From Flavobacteriales bacterium (lineage in GTDB: Bacteria > Bacteroidota > Bacteroidia > UBA10329), in assembly GCA_016124845.1 (NCBI GenBank), contig WGMW01000055.1:3163-67162 (forward strand): DNA of 64,000 nt, written 5' to 3'. The notes under the pieces were generated by a model that was not told the origin of the DNA, made no database searches, and was given only the letters and a program-made list of their open reading frames with translations. This document shows, in pieces, positions 27,588-36,082 of the stretch (positions within the stretch are counted from its first letter, which is position 1; every line of letters starts with the position of its first letter). The translations under genes and the position numbers were made by a program.

Positions 27588-28256
27588 TCAATTGACGAGG
27601 TTGCTTGCGTAAGACCATTTTATCTCAGACGAAGGTTTCCAGAGGTGGCCGCTGGTGCCCATTTTGCGCTGGGTTTCCGTTTTCTTCATGGAGATGTGGA
27701 CAAATCCTGGTTGAAACGCCTTTTGGTGGTCAATCTTCAGGTTGAATTTATTCCAGTAACGGGTAAGCACAAATCGCCATCTGGCAGGAATGAAATCCGC
27801 GCAGATCTCATGGTCGAATTTTTTCGCCAGATACTGGATCATGATGCTGTGCGCCTTGTCTGAAACGACAGCAACCCGTTCGAATCCATGCTCTTTCGCT
27901 ATTTCAAGGGAATAGAAAACGTTCTCCAAACTGTGTTCTGCCCGCTCTTCAATAATGATGTCCTCAGGTTTTATTCCCAGCTCGATCAGGTACAGCGCAT
28001 AGATCTTGGCCTCAATGTAGGGAGTATGTACAGCTCCGCCAGATACGATGATCTTTTCGGTTTTACCCGTCTGGTATAGGTGGTACGCCCAGTAAAGTCG
28101 CACCTTGTAGATAGGGTTCATTTTTCCATTCGGGTGGTATGGATAACCAGGCACAATGATGGCATCATACTTTGTGTCTGGTTCACTCTCAAATCCAGCG
28201 GTAGCGAGTTCAGGTGATAGGTTCAGGAGCAATAGAGCGAGCAAGATTTTTTTCAT
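27588..28256 (-). CDS. DUF218 / YdcF-like (SanA/ElyC family) secreted protein
   Basis: Start trimmed to MKKILLALLLLNL. IIVPGYP...IIVSGGAVH...E resembles the DUF218 core. Confidence 0.6.
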   Translation of the reverse strand: MKKILLALLLLNLSPELATAGFESEPDTKYDAIIVPGYPYHPNGKMNPIYKVRLYWAYHLYQTGKTEKIIVSGGAVHTPYIEAKIYALYLIELGIKPEDIIIEERAEHSLENVFYSLEIAKEHGFERVAVVSDKAHSIMIQYLAKKFDHEICADFIPARWRFVLTRYWNKFNLKIDHQKAFQPGFVHISMKKTETQRKMGTSGHLWKPSSEIKWSYASNLVN

Positions 28257-28286
28257 CTCAAAGAATTTGATGAACGAACAATAAAT

Positions 28287-28294
28287 CAAATGTA
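28287..28294 (-). promoter_or_regulatory. candidate -7 box TACATTTG (minus strand) for DUF218 gene
   Basis: The plus strand reads CAAATGTA. It lies 31 nt upstream of ATG 28256 and abuts the palindrome at 28293-28312. Confidence 0.4.
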
Positions 28295-28312
28295 TTGTTT
28301 ACGAAAACAATA
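28293..28312. promoter_or_regulatory. candidate TetR operator TATTGTTT-ACGA-AAACAATA
   Basis: Perfect 8-bp inverted arms with a 4-bp spacer. It lies in the divergent promoter region directly upstream of the TetR gene. Confidence 0.55.
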
Positions 28313-28322
28313 GTAATACTAT

Positions 28323-28330
28323 TATATTTG
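28323..28330 (+). promoter_or_regulatory. candidate -7 box TATATTTG for TetR-ABC-HlyD-TolC operon
   Basis: Matches TAnnTTTG. It lies 21 nt upstream of ATG 28351. Confidence 0.5.
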
Positions 28331-28350
28331 TTGGTAATGATAAGTAAAAG

Positions 28351-29016
28351 ATGCAGACACATATTAGAATTAGGGTGAACGATGGTGTTCATGTGAAGGA
28401 TCCCGAAAGCAGCGAGCTGGGTCGAAGTATTGTGGAAGGCGGCATCGATCTTATCGATGATATTGGTTTTGAGGCATTCACCTTCCGTAAACTGGCCAAG
28501 CATATTGGAACCACGGAGGCTTCCGTGTATCGCTACTTTGAGAGCAAGCACCGACTGCTGCTCTATCTTACCTGCTGGTATTGGCGCTGGCTCGATTATC
28601 GGTTGATGCTCGCAACAGCCAATATCGGTTCTGCGGAAGAGCGTTTGCAACGTGCGGTGAAGTTGTTGGTTCAGCAGGTGGAGGAGGACAGCGAGTTCTC
28701 TCATATCAACGAGGTGAAACTCAACCGTATCATTATTTCCGAATCATCGAAAGCCTACCTGAACCGTCACGTTGACAAGCAGAACCAGGAGGGCTTTTTT
28801 GTGGATTACAAGGAGCTTGTGCAGCGCGTAAGCGGCATTATTTCGGAGATAAATCCATCTTACAAATACCCGCACATGCTGGTTTCTACGCTTATAGAGG
28901 GGGCTCATCTTCAGCGATATTTTGCCGACCATCTTCCAATGCTAACCAATGTGTTGGATGGCGAGGATTCGGTGACGCAATTCTGCTTACAGACCATCTT
29001 GAAAGCCATAAGATAA
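28351..29016 (+). CDS. TetR/AcrR-family transcriptional regulator
   Basis: The N-terminal HTH reads FEAFTFRKLAKHIGTTEASVYRYFESKHRLL. Confidence 0.88.
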   Translation: MQTHIRIRVNDGVHVKDPESSELGRSIVEGGIDLIDDIGFEAFTFRKLAKHIGTTEASVYRYFESKHRLLLYLTCWYWRWLDYRLMLATANIGSAEERLQRAVKLLVQQVEEDSEFSHINEVKLNRIIISESSKAYLNRHVDKQNQEGFFVDYKELVQRVSGIISEINPSYKYPHMLVSTLIEGAHLQRYFADHLPMLTNVLDGEDSVTQFCLQTILKAIR

Positions 29017-29020
29017 CCTG

Positions 29021-30706
29021 ATGGAAACGACAGCGACCATTACACCGATGCAGCGTTTTTGGCGATTACTGAGGCCAGAGCGCAAGGAGATACGCAACGT
29101 TTACGTCTATGCGGTCTTCAATGGTTTTATCAACCTTTCGCTACCGCTGGGTATTCAGGCGATCATCAATCTGATTCAAGGAGGAAGGGTAAGTACCGCT
29201 TGGATAGTACTCGTATCTGTAGTGGTGGCGGGCGTGGCGGCCACGGGCGTTTTGCAAATCGCGCAGCTGCGCATCAGCGAAAACCTGCAGCAACGGATCT
29301 TTACCCGATCGGCATTTGAGTTCGCTTTCCGCATTCCGAGGGTGAAAATGGAGGCCATCTACAGGCATTATGCTCCAGAGCTGATGAACAGGTTCTTCGA
29401 CACGCTAACGGTGCAGAAAGGGCTCAGCAAGATCCTTATCGACTTTTCATCGGCCGTGCTGCAGGTGGTTTTCGGGTTGATCCTGCTCTCGCTCTACCAT
29501 CCGTTCTTCATCATTTTCAGTTTGATCCTGATTCTTCTGGTCTTTGCCATTTTCAGACTTACTGGGAAACCAGGTCTTGAAACCAGTCTGCAGGAATCGA
29601 AATACAAGTACAAAGTGGCGCATTGGCTGGAGGAACTGGCACGCACGGGCACCACCTTCAAACTGGCGGGCAGAACGGATCTTCCGCTGTCCAGAACCGA
29701 CAAGGAGCTTGGCAATTATCTCGAGGCCAGAGAAGGACATTTCAGGGTGCTTGTTCAGCAATACTCGTTGATGGTGGTGTTCAAAGCGCTGGTGGCAGCA
29801 GGACTGCTTGCCATGGGCGGAATTCTGGTGATGCAGCAGCTTATGAACATCGGCCAATTTGTGGCGGCAGAGATCATTATTCTGTTGGTGATGGGCTCAG
29901 TAGAAAAACTGGTGATGAGCATGGAGACGATCTATGACGTGCTCACGGCCTTGGAGAAAATGGGACAGGTGACCGACCTTGAGATCGAGGAGGAAGAAGG
30001 CGAAAAGACGATCTGCCGACCAGAGGATCTTGGAATGACCATTTCGCTGCGCAACGTTCATTTCCGCTATCCAGACGGAGATAGAGACATATTGTGCGGG
30101 ATCACAGACGAGATCCGCGATACAGAAAGCGTGGTGATCAGCGGGCCGAACGGCTCAGGAAAAAGTACGCTTCTCCAGATCATTGCGGGGCTTTACGACC
30201 CAACGCAGGGGCTTGTAACCTACAACGGGTTGCCGAAAGGCAACTTGAATCTGCCCAGCCTGCGCTCGCACATTGGCGATTGCCTGACGCATGAACAGCT
30301 CTTTGACGGAACCATTTTGGAGAACATTACCATGGGGCGTGAACGCGCCACGTTTGAGAACGTGAAGTGGGCGGTCCGTCATCTCAAACTCGATGACTTC
30401 ATCAGCACATTGCCTAATGGTTTCGATACGCATATCGAGCCACAGGGCAAGCGACTTCCTAAAAGCGTTACACAAAAATTATTGCTTGCACGTAGTGTTG
30501 CTGATAGACCCAAACTGCTGCTGCTCGAAGACGCATTGGAATACTTGGATCCGCCAGACCGTAAAGAGATAACGGATTTCCTGTTGAACAAGGAGAATGA
30601 ATGGACCGTGGTGGCCGTTTCTTCCGATCCCTATTTCAGCTCCAAGGCAGATAGAACCATTCTGCTGCAGGACGGCTGCTTCAAAAACCCATCAGAACCC
30701 GCTTAA
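29021..30706 (+). CDS. ABC half-transporter (TMD + NBD, no C39 peptidase domain) with atypical NBD motifs
   Basis: Six-helix TMD. Walker A GPNGSGKST is intact. The signature, Walker B and H-loop positions deviate from consensus (see findings). Confidence 0.8.
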   Translation: METTATITPMQRFWRLLRPERKEIRNVYVYAVFNGFINLSLPLGIQAIINLIQGGRVSTAWIVLVSVVVAGVAATGVLQIAQLRISENLQQRIFTRSAFEFAFRIPRVKMEAIYRHYAPELMNRFFDTLTVQKGLSKILIDFSSAVLQVVFGLILLSLYHPFFIIFSLILILLVFAIFRLTGKPGLETSLQESKYKYKVAHWLEELARTGTTFKLAGRTDLPLSRTDKELGNYLEAREGHFRVLVQQYSLMVVFKALVAAGLLAMGGILVMQQLMNIGQFVAAEIIILLVMGSVEKLVMSMETIYDVLTALEKMGQVTDLEIEEEEGEKTICRPEDLGMTISLRNVHFRYPDGDRDILCGITDEIRDTESVVISGPNGSGKSTLLQIIAGLYDPTQGLVTYNGLPKGNLNLPSLRSHIGDCLTHEQLFDGTILENITMGRERATFENVKWAVRHLKLDDFISTLPNGFDTHIEPQGKRLPKSVTQKLLLARSVADRPKLLLLEDALEYLDPPDRKEITDFLLNKENEWTVVAVSSDPYFSSKADRTILLQDGCFKNPSEPA

Positions 30707-30714
30707 GAACAGGC

Positions 30715-32070
30715 ATGCTCGACATATCAAACACATCGATAGACAGGTATTTCGACCGTTCGAACTATGCCTCTTTGCGCAAGACCGACAGCTTGACCTC
30801 AAGCAAGGTGCTGCGCAGGTCGCTGGCCATCTTTTTCGGATTGGCGCTGGTGTTCATGTTCGTTCCGTGGACGCAGAACATACGGGCCACGGGAAATGTG
30901 ACCACATTACTCCCCGATCAGCGTCCGCAGACCATCCATTCCGTCATTGCTGGCCGTATTGAGAAGTGGTTTGTGCGAGAAGGCGACCTGGTGCACAAAG
31001 GCGACACCATTCTGTACATATCCGAAGTGAAGGACGACTATTTCGATCCGCAGCTATTGAGCCGAACACAGGAACAGCTGAAAGCAAAGGAAATGTCGGT
31101 GGATTCGTACATGGAAAAGGTGCGTGCGCTGGACACGCAGATCGATGCGTTGGCACAGACGGCCGAGCTCAAATTACAGCAAACGAAGAACAAATACAGG
31201 CAGGCAGAGCTTAAAGTGGTGGCCGATAGTATGGATTTTCAGGCGTACAAGGTCAATTACGAAATTGCCAAAACGCAGTTCGAGCGATTTCAGGGTCTTT
31301 ACGATCAGGGGCTGAAATCGCTCACCGATCTGGAGAACAAGCGCAACTCCATGCAAAAGGCCAAGGCCGAGATGATTTCGGGAGAGAACAAATTGCTCAC
31401 AAGCAGAAACGAACTGATAAACGCGGAGGTGGAACTGGTGGCCGTGCAGGCCAAGTACCGTGATGAGATCGCCAAGGCGGAATCGGACAAATACTCCGCC
31501 ATGAGCAACATGTACGATGCAGAGGCCACCGTCACAAAACTTCAGAACCAGTACATGAACTATTCGGTGCGCGCAGGACTCTATTTCATTACTGCTCCGC
31601 AGGATGGGTACATCACCAAGGCCATACGCTCGGGCATCGGAGAAACCATCAAAGAAGGAACCGCCATTGTAAGCATCATGCCTGCCGTGTACGATCTGGC
31701 CGTGGCCATGTACATCAAACCCATCGATCTGCCGCTGTTGGAGAAAGGCGCTCCCGTCAGAATTCAGTTCGATGGTTGGCCTTCCATCGTTTTTTCCGGG
31801 TGGCCCAATACCAGTTACGGAACCTATGGCGGAAAGGTGTTTGCCATCGATAATTTCATTAGCGATAATGGGAAATATCGTGTGCTGGTGGCGCCAGATC
31901 CAGAAGACCATGCGTGGCCAGAGGCACTGCGTGTGGGCGCAGGCGCAAACAGCATGCTTTTGTTGAAAGATGTTCCCATCTGGTACGAGCTGTGGCGGCA
32001 GATCAACGGGTTTCCGCCAGATTATTACAAGCACGGAACCGATTTTATCGAAGAGAAGGCCGAAAAATGA
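30715..32070 (+). CDS. HlyD-family membrane fusion / secretion protein
   Basis: N-terminal TM segment, a long coiled-coil hairpin and beta-barrel regions. It sits between the ABC and TolC genes. Confidence 0.85.
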   Translation: MLDISNTSIDRYFDRSNYASLRKTDSLTSSKVLRRSLAIFFGLALVFMFVPWTQNIRATGNVTTLLPDQRPQTIHSVIAGRIEKWFVREGDLVHKGDTILYISEVKDDYFDPQLLSRTQEQLKAKEMSVDSYMEKVRALDTQIDALAQTAELKLQQTKNKYRQAELKVVADSMDFQAYKVNYEIAKTQFERFQGLYDQGLKSLTDLENKRNSMQKAKAEMISGENKLLTSRNELINAEVELVAVQAKYRDEIAKAESDKYSAMSNMYDAEATVTKLQNQYMNYSVRAGLYFITAPQDGYITKAIRSGIGETIKEGTAIVSIMPAVYDLAVAMYIKPIDLPLLEKGAPVRIQFDGWPSIVFSGWPNTSYGTYGGKVFAIDNFISDNGKYRVLVAPDPEDHAWPEALRVGAGANSMLLLKDVPIWYELWRQINGFPPDYYKHGTDFIEEKAEK

Positions 32071-33482
32071 AAAGGGTGCTGTTCACATATCTATTGGCAT
32101 GCGCCATTATCGGGTTGGCACAGGCGCAGCCTGAGCAGGGCAATGTGCTCAGTTTCGAGGATTTCAATGCTATCGTCAAACAGCATCATCCCATGGCGGT
32201 CCAATCGCAGCTTATTCGCAAAAAGGGAGATGCAACTGTGCAGATGGCGCGAGGCGGGTTCGACCCGAAGATCGGCACCGACCTCAGTCAGAAGTACTTT
32301 AACGGAACGCAGTATTACAGCCTTCTGGATGCAGGGCTGAAGGTGCCGACCTGGTTCGGAATAGAAGCGTACGCGGGCTACCAGCAGAACGGGGGCGTGT
32401 ATCTCAACCCCGAGAATTACACGAATGCGGGCGGACTCGTTTATGCGGGGCTTTCATTGCCCGTTGGGCGAGGGCTTTTTATCGATGAGAGGAGAGCGGA
32501 ACTCCGCAGAGCGCAGGTTTACCAGAAAAGCACGCTGGTGGAACAGCGACTGATGATGAATGAACTGCTGTACGAGGCGGGCAAGGCCTATTGGGACTGG
32601 TTTGAGAAGCATCAGGTGATGAAGGTATACGAGGAAGCTCTACAGTTGGCCCATTTCCGTTTTGATGCGGTGAAACAGCAGGCCATTTCGGGCGATAAGC
32701 CGTACATCGATACGCTTGAGGCTGGAATACAACTGCAGAACCGACAGTTGGCGCTGCAGCAGGCCAAATTGGATTTCCAGAACGCATCGGCCATGCTGGA
32801 TATTTTTCTCTGGCAGAACGGCCAGATACCGCTGGAACTGGAGGAGACAACCGTGCCTGTTGATCGCACAACCGTGCAGATCAGCACCACGCAAGGCTTG
32901 CTGCTCGACCGCATGGACAGCCTGGTGGCCTACCATCCGTACCTGCAACAGTATCGCTTTAAGATCGATCGGCTGAAGATCGAGAAACGCCTGAAAGTGG
33001 AAAGTCTCAAACCGCAGCTTGACCTCAAATACAACGCACTGAGTCAGGTGGTCGGAAATGCTCCGTTTGCAGATCTGTCCATCAACAACTATCAATGGGG
33101 CTTGAATTTCAGCATGCCCATTCCGTTGCGTAAAGAACGTGGCGCGCTGCAACTGACAAAACTCAAGATTCAGCATGCCGAACTGGACGTGGTAGGAACG
33201 CAGGCCGAGATCGGCTACAAGATCACAGCGGCTGTAAATGAGTGGAACACCACGCGCGAACAGACCGCGCTTTACCAGCGGACGGTAGCAGATTATCTGG
33301 GGTTGCTGGAAGGGGAACGGGAGAAATTCACCGCAGGAGAAAGTTCCGTTTTCATGGTCAACTCGCGCGAACTGGGTTACATCAATGCGCAGATCAAATA
33401 TTTGGAGCTGCTTGCCAAGAACCGAAAGGCCGAACTTTCGGCACATTACGCGCTGGGCATTCTTCATCTTGGCGAATCCTAA
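32067..33482 (+). CDS. TolC-family outer membrane efflux protein
   Basis: Start trimmed to MKRVLFTYLLACAIIGLAQAQ, which shares an ATGA overlap with the HlyD stop. The protein has the two-repeat TolC architecture. Confidence 0.85.
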   Translation: MKRVLFTYLLACAIIGLAQAQPEQGNVLSFEDFNAIVKQHHPMAVQSQLIRKKGDATVQMARGGFDPKIGTDLSQKYFNGTQYYSLLDAGLKVPTWFGIEAYAGYQQNGGVYLNPENYTNAGGLVYAGLSLPVGRGLFIDERRAELRRAQVYQKSTLVEQRLMMNELLYEAGKAYWDWFEKHQVMKVYEEALQLAHFRFDAVKQQAISGDKPYIDTLEAGIQLQNRQLALQQAKLDFQNASAMLDIFLWQNGQIPLELEETTVPVDRTTVQISTTQGLLLDRMDSLVAYHPYLQQYRFKIDRLKIEKRLKVESLKPQLDLKYNALSQVVGNAPFADLSINNYQWGLNFSMPIPLRKERGALQLTKLKIQHAELDVVGTQAEIGYKITAAVNEWNTTREQTALYQRTVADYLGLLEGEREKFTAGESSVFMVNSRELGYINAQIKYLELLAKNRKAELSAHYALGILHLGES

Positions 33483-33518
33483 GTTCGCAGAACCCGAGGT
33501 TTCTGTTCCTTTGTTCTT

Positions 33519-33989
33519 ATGAGAGATGAGATTGAAAAGTTGCCCATCTATCAGAAGGGCAAGGAGATCGGAGACCTTGTACGGAAGATCATTGAATTGG
33601 CCGATGAGGACAATGAGGACCTCCAACGGGTGTGTGGCGATATGCTTGTGGATGCCCACAACCTTGCCGTGAAAGTGGCGGGAGCGGAAGGAGGCGACCT
33701 GTACGATCTGCGCATGGAGAATGCGGCCATCATCCGAAAATCAGCCCGCGAATTGGTGGTGAACACCCACGCCTTGGACATGTTCGGGTTTAAGCACCCA
33801 GAATATTATCCGTTGATCCGTGAAGCGGTGGAGGAATACCGACTGCTCTTTATCGATTGGGTCGAGAGTTTCGACAAATGGAACTACATCATTGACCGTT
33901 GGGGGCTTTTCAACCCGCCCGGAGTTGGCCCGCACGATAAAGACCCAGACGATGATATTCCTTTCGACCCGAATGATTTTTTCGAATGA
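33519..33989 (+). CDS. hypothetical cytoplasmic helical protein (remote four-helix-bundle resemblance)
   Basis: 156 aa with no signal peptide and an acidic C-terminal tail. The N-terminal ~100 aa loosely resemble the four-helix-bundle (23S rRNA IVS-type) family. This assignment is weak. Confidence 0.4.
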   Translation: MRDEIEKLPIYQKGKEIGDLVRKIIELADEDNEDLQRVCGDMLVDAHNLAVKVAGAEGGDLYDLRMENAAIIRKSARELVVNTHALDMFGFKHPEYYPLIREAVEEYRLLFIDWVESFDKWNYIIDRWGLFNPPGVGPHDKDPDDDIPFDPNDFFE

Positions 33990-34077
33990 GCGGTTGACGA
34001 GGCATTAATGACCAAGCTCATGGTTATTCTCAGATGGTTACCTCAACTTTGATGTTTCAAACCAAACAGCTAACGAA

Positions 34078-34611
34078 ATGAAATACACGTGGATCATGAT
34101 CACATCCGTGGCATTGTTTGCCATTGGTTGTGGTGGAAACGAACAAAAACCCGCTCCTGGAACCTCACAATCTGAGGAAGCACCGAAGCATGAAGCGGTG
34201 GCCGATGAACCGACCGGATCCACTAACGAGGACAAGCAGGAGGTGATCTTGCACCTTGAGGGCAACGATCAGATGCAGTATGATAAATTGGAACTGAAGG
34301 TGCCAGCAAACAGTACGGTTACCTTGACCTTGGCTCACACAGGAAAAATGGCAAAAGAAGCCATGGGGCATAATTTCGTGTTACTCAAGCCTGGAACAGA
34401 TATTCCTGCTTTTGCAACCAAGGCGATCGAAGCGGGTATCGATAAGGATTACATTCCTGAAAGTGATGCGATCATCACCCACACCAAATTACTTGGAGGA
34501 GGAGAAGAGACCACGATCACGTTTGATGCACCTGCCAAAGGAACGTACGATTACATCTGTAGCTTTCCAGGGCATTATGGCACAATGCACGGAAAACTTA
34601 TCGTGGAATAA
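34078..34611 (+). CDS. azurin-like blue copper lipoprotein
   Basis: Lipobox VALFAIGCGG. The cupredoxin ligands are GHNFVL (His) and CSFPGHYGTMHG (Cys, His, Met). Confidence 0.85.
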   Translation: MKYTWIMITSVALFAIGCGGNEQKPAPGTSQSEEAPKHEAVADEPTGSTNEDKQEVILHLEGNDQMQYDKLELKVPANSTVTLTLAHTGKMAKEAMGHNFVLLKPGTDIPAFATKAIEAGIDKDYIPESDAIITHTKLLGGGEETTITFDAPAKGTYDYICSFPGHYGTMHGKLIVE

Positions 34612-34640
34612 GTGGCAATTACCCATACAGTATTAACGCG

Positions 34641-34668
34641 AAAGCCCCGCCAATTTTGGCGGGGCTTT
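34641..34668. terminator. bidirectional hairpin terminator between convergent genes
   Basis: Stem AAAGCCCCGCC/GGCGGGGCTTT with a 6-nt loop. It lies between azurin (+) and the MORN gene (-). Confidence 0.7.
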
Positions 34669-34693
34669 CTGTATCTCGTTTTTCAAATACGTC

Positions 34694-35086
34694 TTACTTG
34701 TCTTTTACAGCAAACTCGGTCTGTTTGAGGTAACGATTTGCAGAAACCACTTTTCCGTGGTCGTAGCGCATTTCAATGTAAGCGTTATCAAACTCATCCC
34801 AAACGCGGAACTCTCCGTCACGCTGACCGTCAACATAGGTCAACTCTGCAGTTTTCGAACCGCCTTTATCGAATGTTTGCCATTTTCCAGTAGGAACTCC
34901 ATCCTTGAAGAACCCGGTTTCCTTTACCGCTCCGTTCTCATAGTAGTTGGTAACGGCTACCAGACCGTCCTTTTTCTTAACATATTCGCTTTTTACAGCG
35001 CCATCATCGTATGTGGTCTTCGCCTTATTTTGTGCGAAACAAGTTGACCCAACCAAAACGACCATACTCAACATCAATGCTTTCAT
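34694..35086 (-). CDS. MORN-variant repeat (YwqK-like) secreted protein
   Basis: Signal peptide present. Repeated YYENG.vKe.G.fkdG...G.W motifs. Confidence 0.7.
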   Translation of the reverse strand: MKALMLSMVVLVGSTCFAQNKAKTTYDDGAVKSEYVKKKDGLVAVTNYYENGAVKETGFFKDGVPTGKWQTFDKGGSKTAELTYVDGQRDGEFRVWDEFDNAYIEMRYDHGKVVSANRYLKQTEFAVKDK

Positions 35087-35107
35087 GACTCAACCCTTTT
35101 GTTAATC

Positions 35108-35115
35108 CAAAGTTA
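35108..35115 (-). promoter_or_regulatory. candidate -7 box TAACTTTG (minus strand)
   Basis: The plus strand reads CAAAGTTA. It lies 22 nt upstream of ATG 35086. Confidence 0.4.
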
Positions 35116-35197
35116 CGCAAAAATCATTTAGTTAACATTCGCGTAACATTAGAATCAACGGAACGGGTTCAAAAATGTTTCATCCAAGTTCAAAAAC

Positions 35198-36082
35198 ATG
35201 CAAAACTTAACATTAGAAAATGATTTCCTGAATGTTAACATCAACGTTCTGGGCGCAGAATTGTGTAGCCTTTTCGACAAAAGGGATCGGATAGAACACA
35301 TGTGGAATGCTTCGCCAGCGTTCTGGCCGCGCCATGCACCCATTCTGTTTCCGACAGTTGGAGAGTCGAAGGATGGAAAAATAAACGTTGCTGGAACCGA
35401 TTATCCGATGGGGAGGCACGGCTTTGCCCGTTTCTCGGAATTTGAAGTGGTGGAACAGACGGAGTCCAAAGCGGTTTTCGAGCTGAGAAGCAATGAAGAC
35501 ACCAGAAAGCACTACCCTTTCGAGTTCATTTTCCGTGTTGGATATGAACTTGATGGCGCCCGTTTGGTCCAATCATTCGAGGTGGAGAATTCGGACGGAA
35601 ATGACATCGGCTTCCAAGTAGGCGGGCATCCCGCATTTGCAGTTCCTTTCAGAAACGGGGAGAAATATGACGACTACGAAATTCGTTTCGATGCACCGCA
35701 AACGCTGGAGCGTCATCTGCTCACCGAAAAGGGACTTTACAGTGGGGAGAAGCGCAAGTTTTTGGACAACGAGAATAGCTTCGGACTCTTTTACGAGCTT
35801 TTCAATGAAGATGCGCTTGTGTTCAGACACATTCCTTCAAAGAGGGTGTGGATTCAACACAAAAAAGGAGGGAAACGACTTCAAGTGGATTATGAAGGAT
35901 TTCCGCATTTGGGAATTTGGTCTGTTCCCGGGGCCAATTATGTTTGCATTGAGCCGTGGATCGGTTGTGCAGACATGGCCGACCAACCCGCAGATTTTTT
36001 CCAAAAGGACAGTCTTGTTGTGCTGAAAAGTGGAGAAACGTTCAATGCGACATTCACCATATTGTTGATTCAGGAAGGTTGA
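35198..36082 (+). CDS. aldose 1-epimerase family protein
   Basis: LFPTVGES...GRHGFAR...GGHPAF matches mutarotase-like motifs. Confidence 0.8.
   Translation: MQNLTLENDFLNVNINVLGAELCSLFDKRDRIEHMWNASPAFWPRHAPILFPTVGESKDGKINVAGTDYPMGRHGFARFSEFEVVEQTESKAVFELRSNEDTRKHYPFEFIFRVGYELDGARLVQSFEVENSDGNDIGFQVGGHPAFAVPFRNGEKYDDYEIRFDAPQTLERHLLTEKGLYSGEKRKFLDNENSFGLFYELFNEDALVFRHIPSKRVWIQHKKGGKRLQVDYEGFPHLGIWSVPGANYVCIEPWIGCADMADQPADFFQKDSLVVLKSGETFNATFTILLIQEG

Noticed and set aside
31174-33659. Minus-strand ORFs of 286 aa and 339 aa overlapping the HlyD and TolC genes.
   Set aside because: They are shadow ORFs opposite well-supported operon genes. They show no signal peptide, no promoter box and no family resemblance.
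35112-35147. A 7-bp inverted repeat GTTACGC...GCGTAAC with a 22-nt spacer in the MORN/aldose-epimerase divergent region.
   Set aside because: The arms are short and the spacing is long, so this is easily expected by chance. I do not call it an operator.
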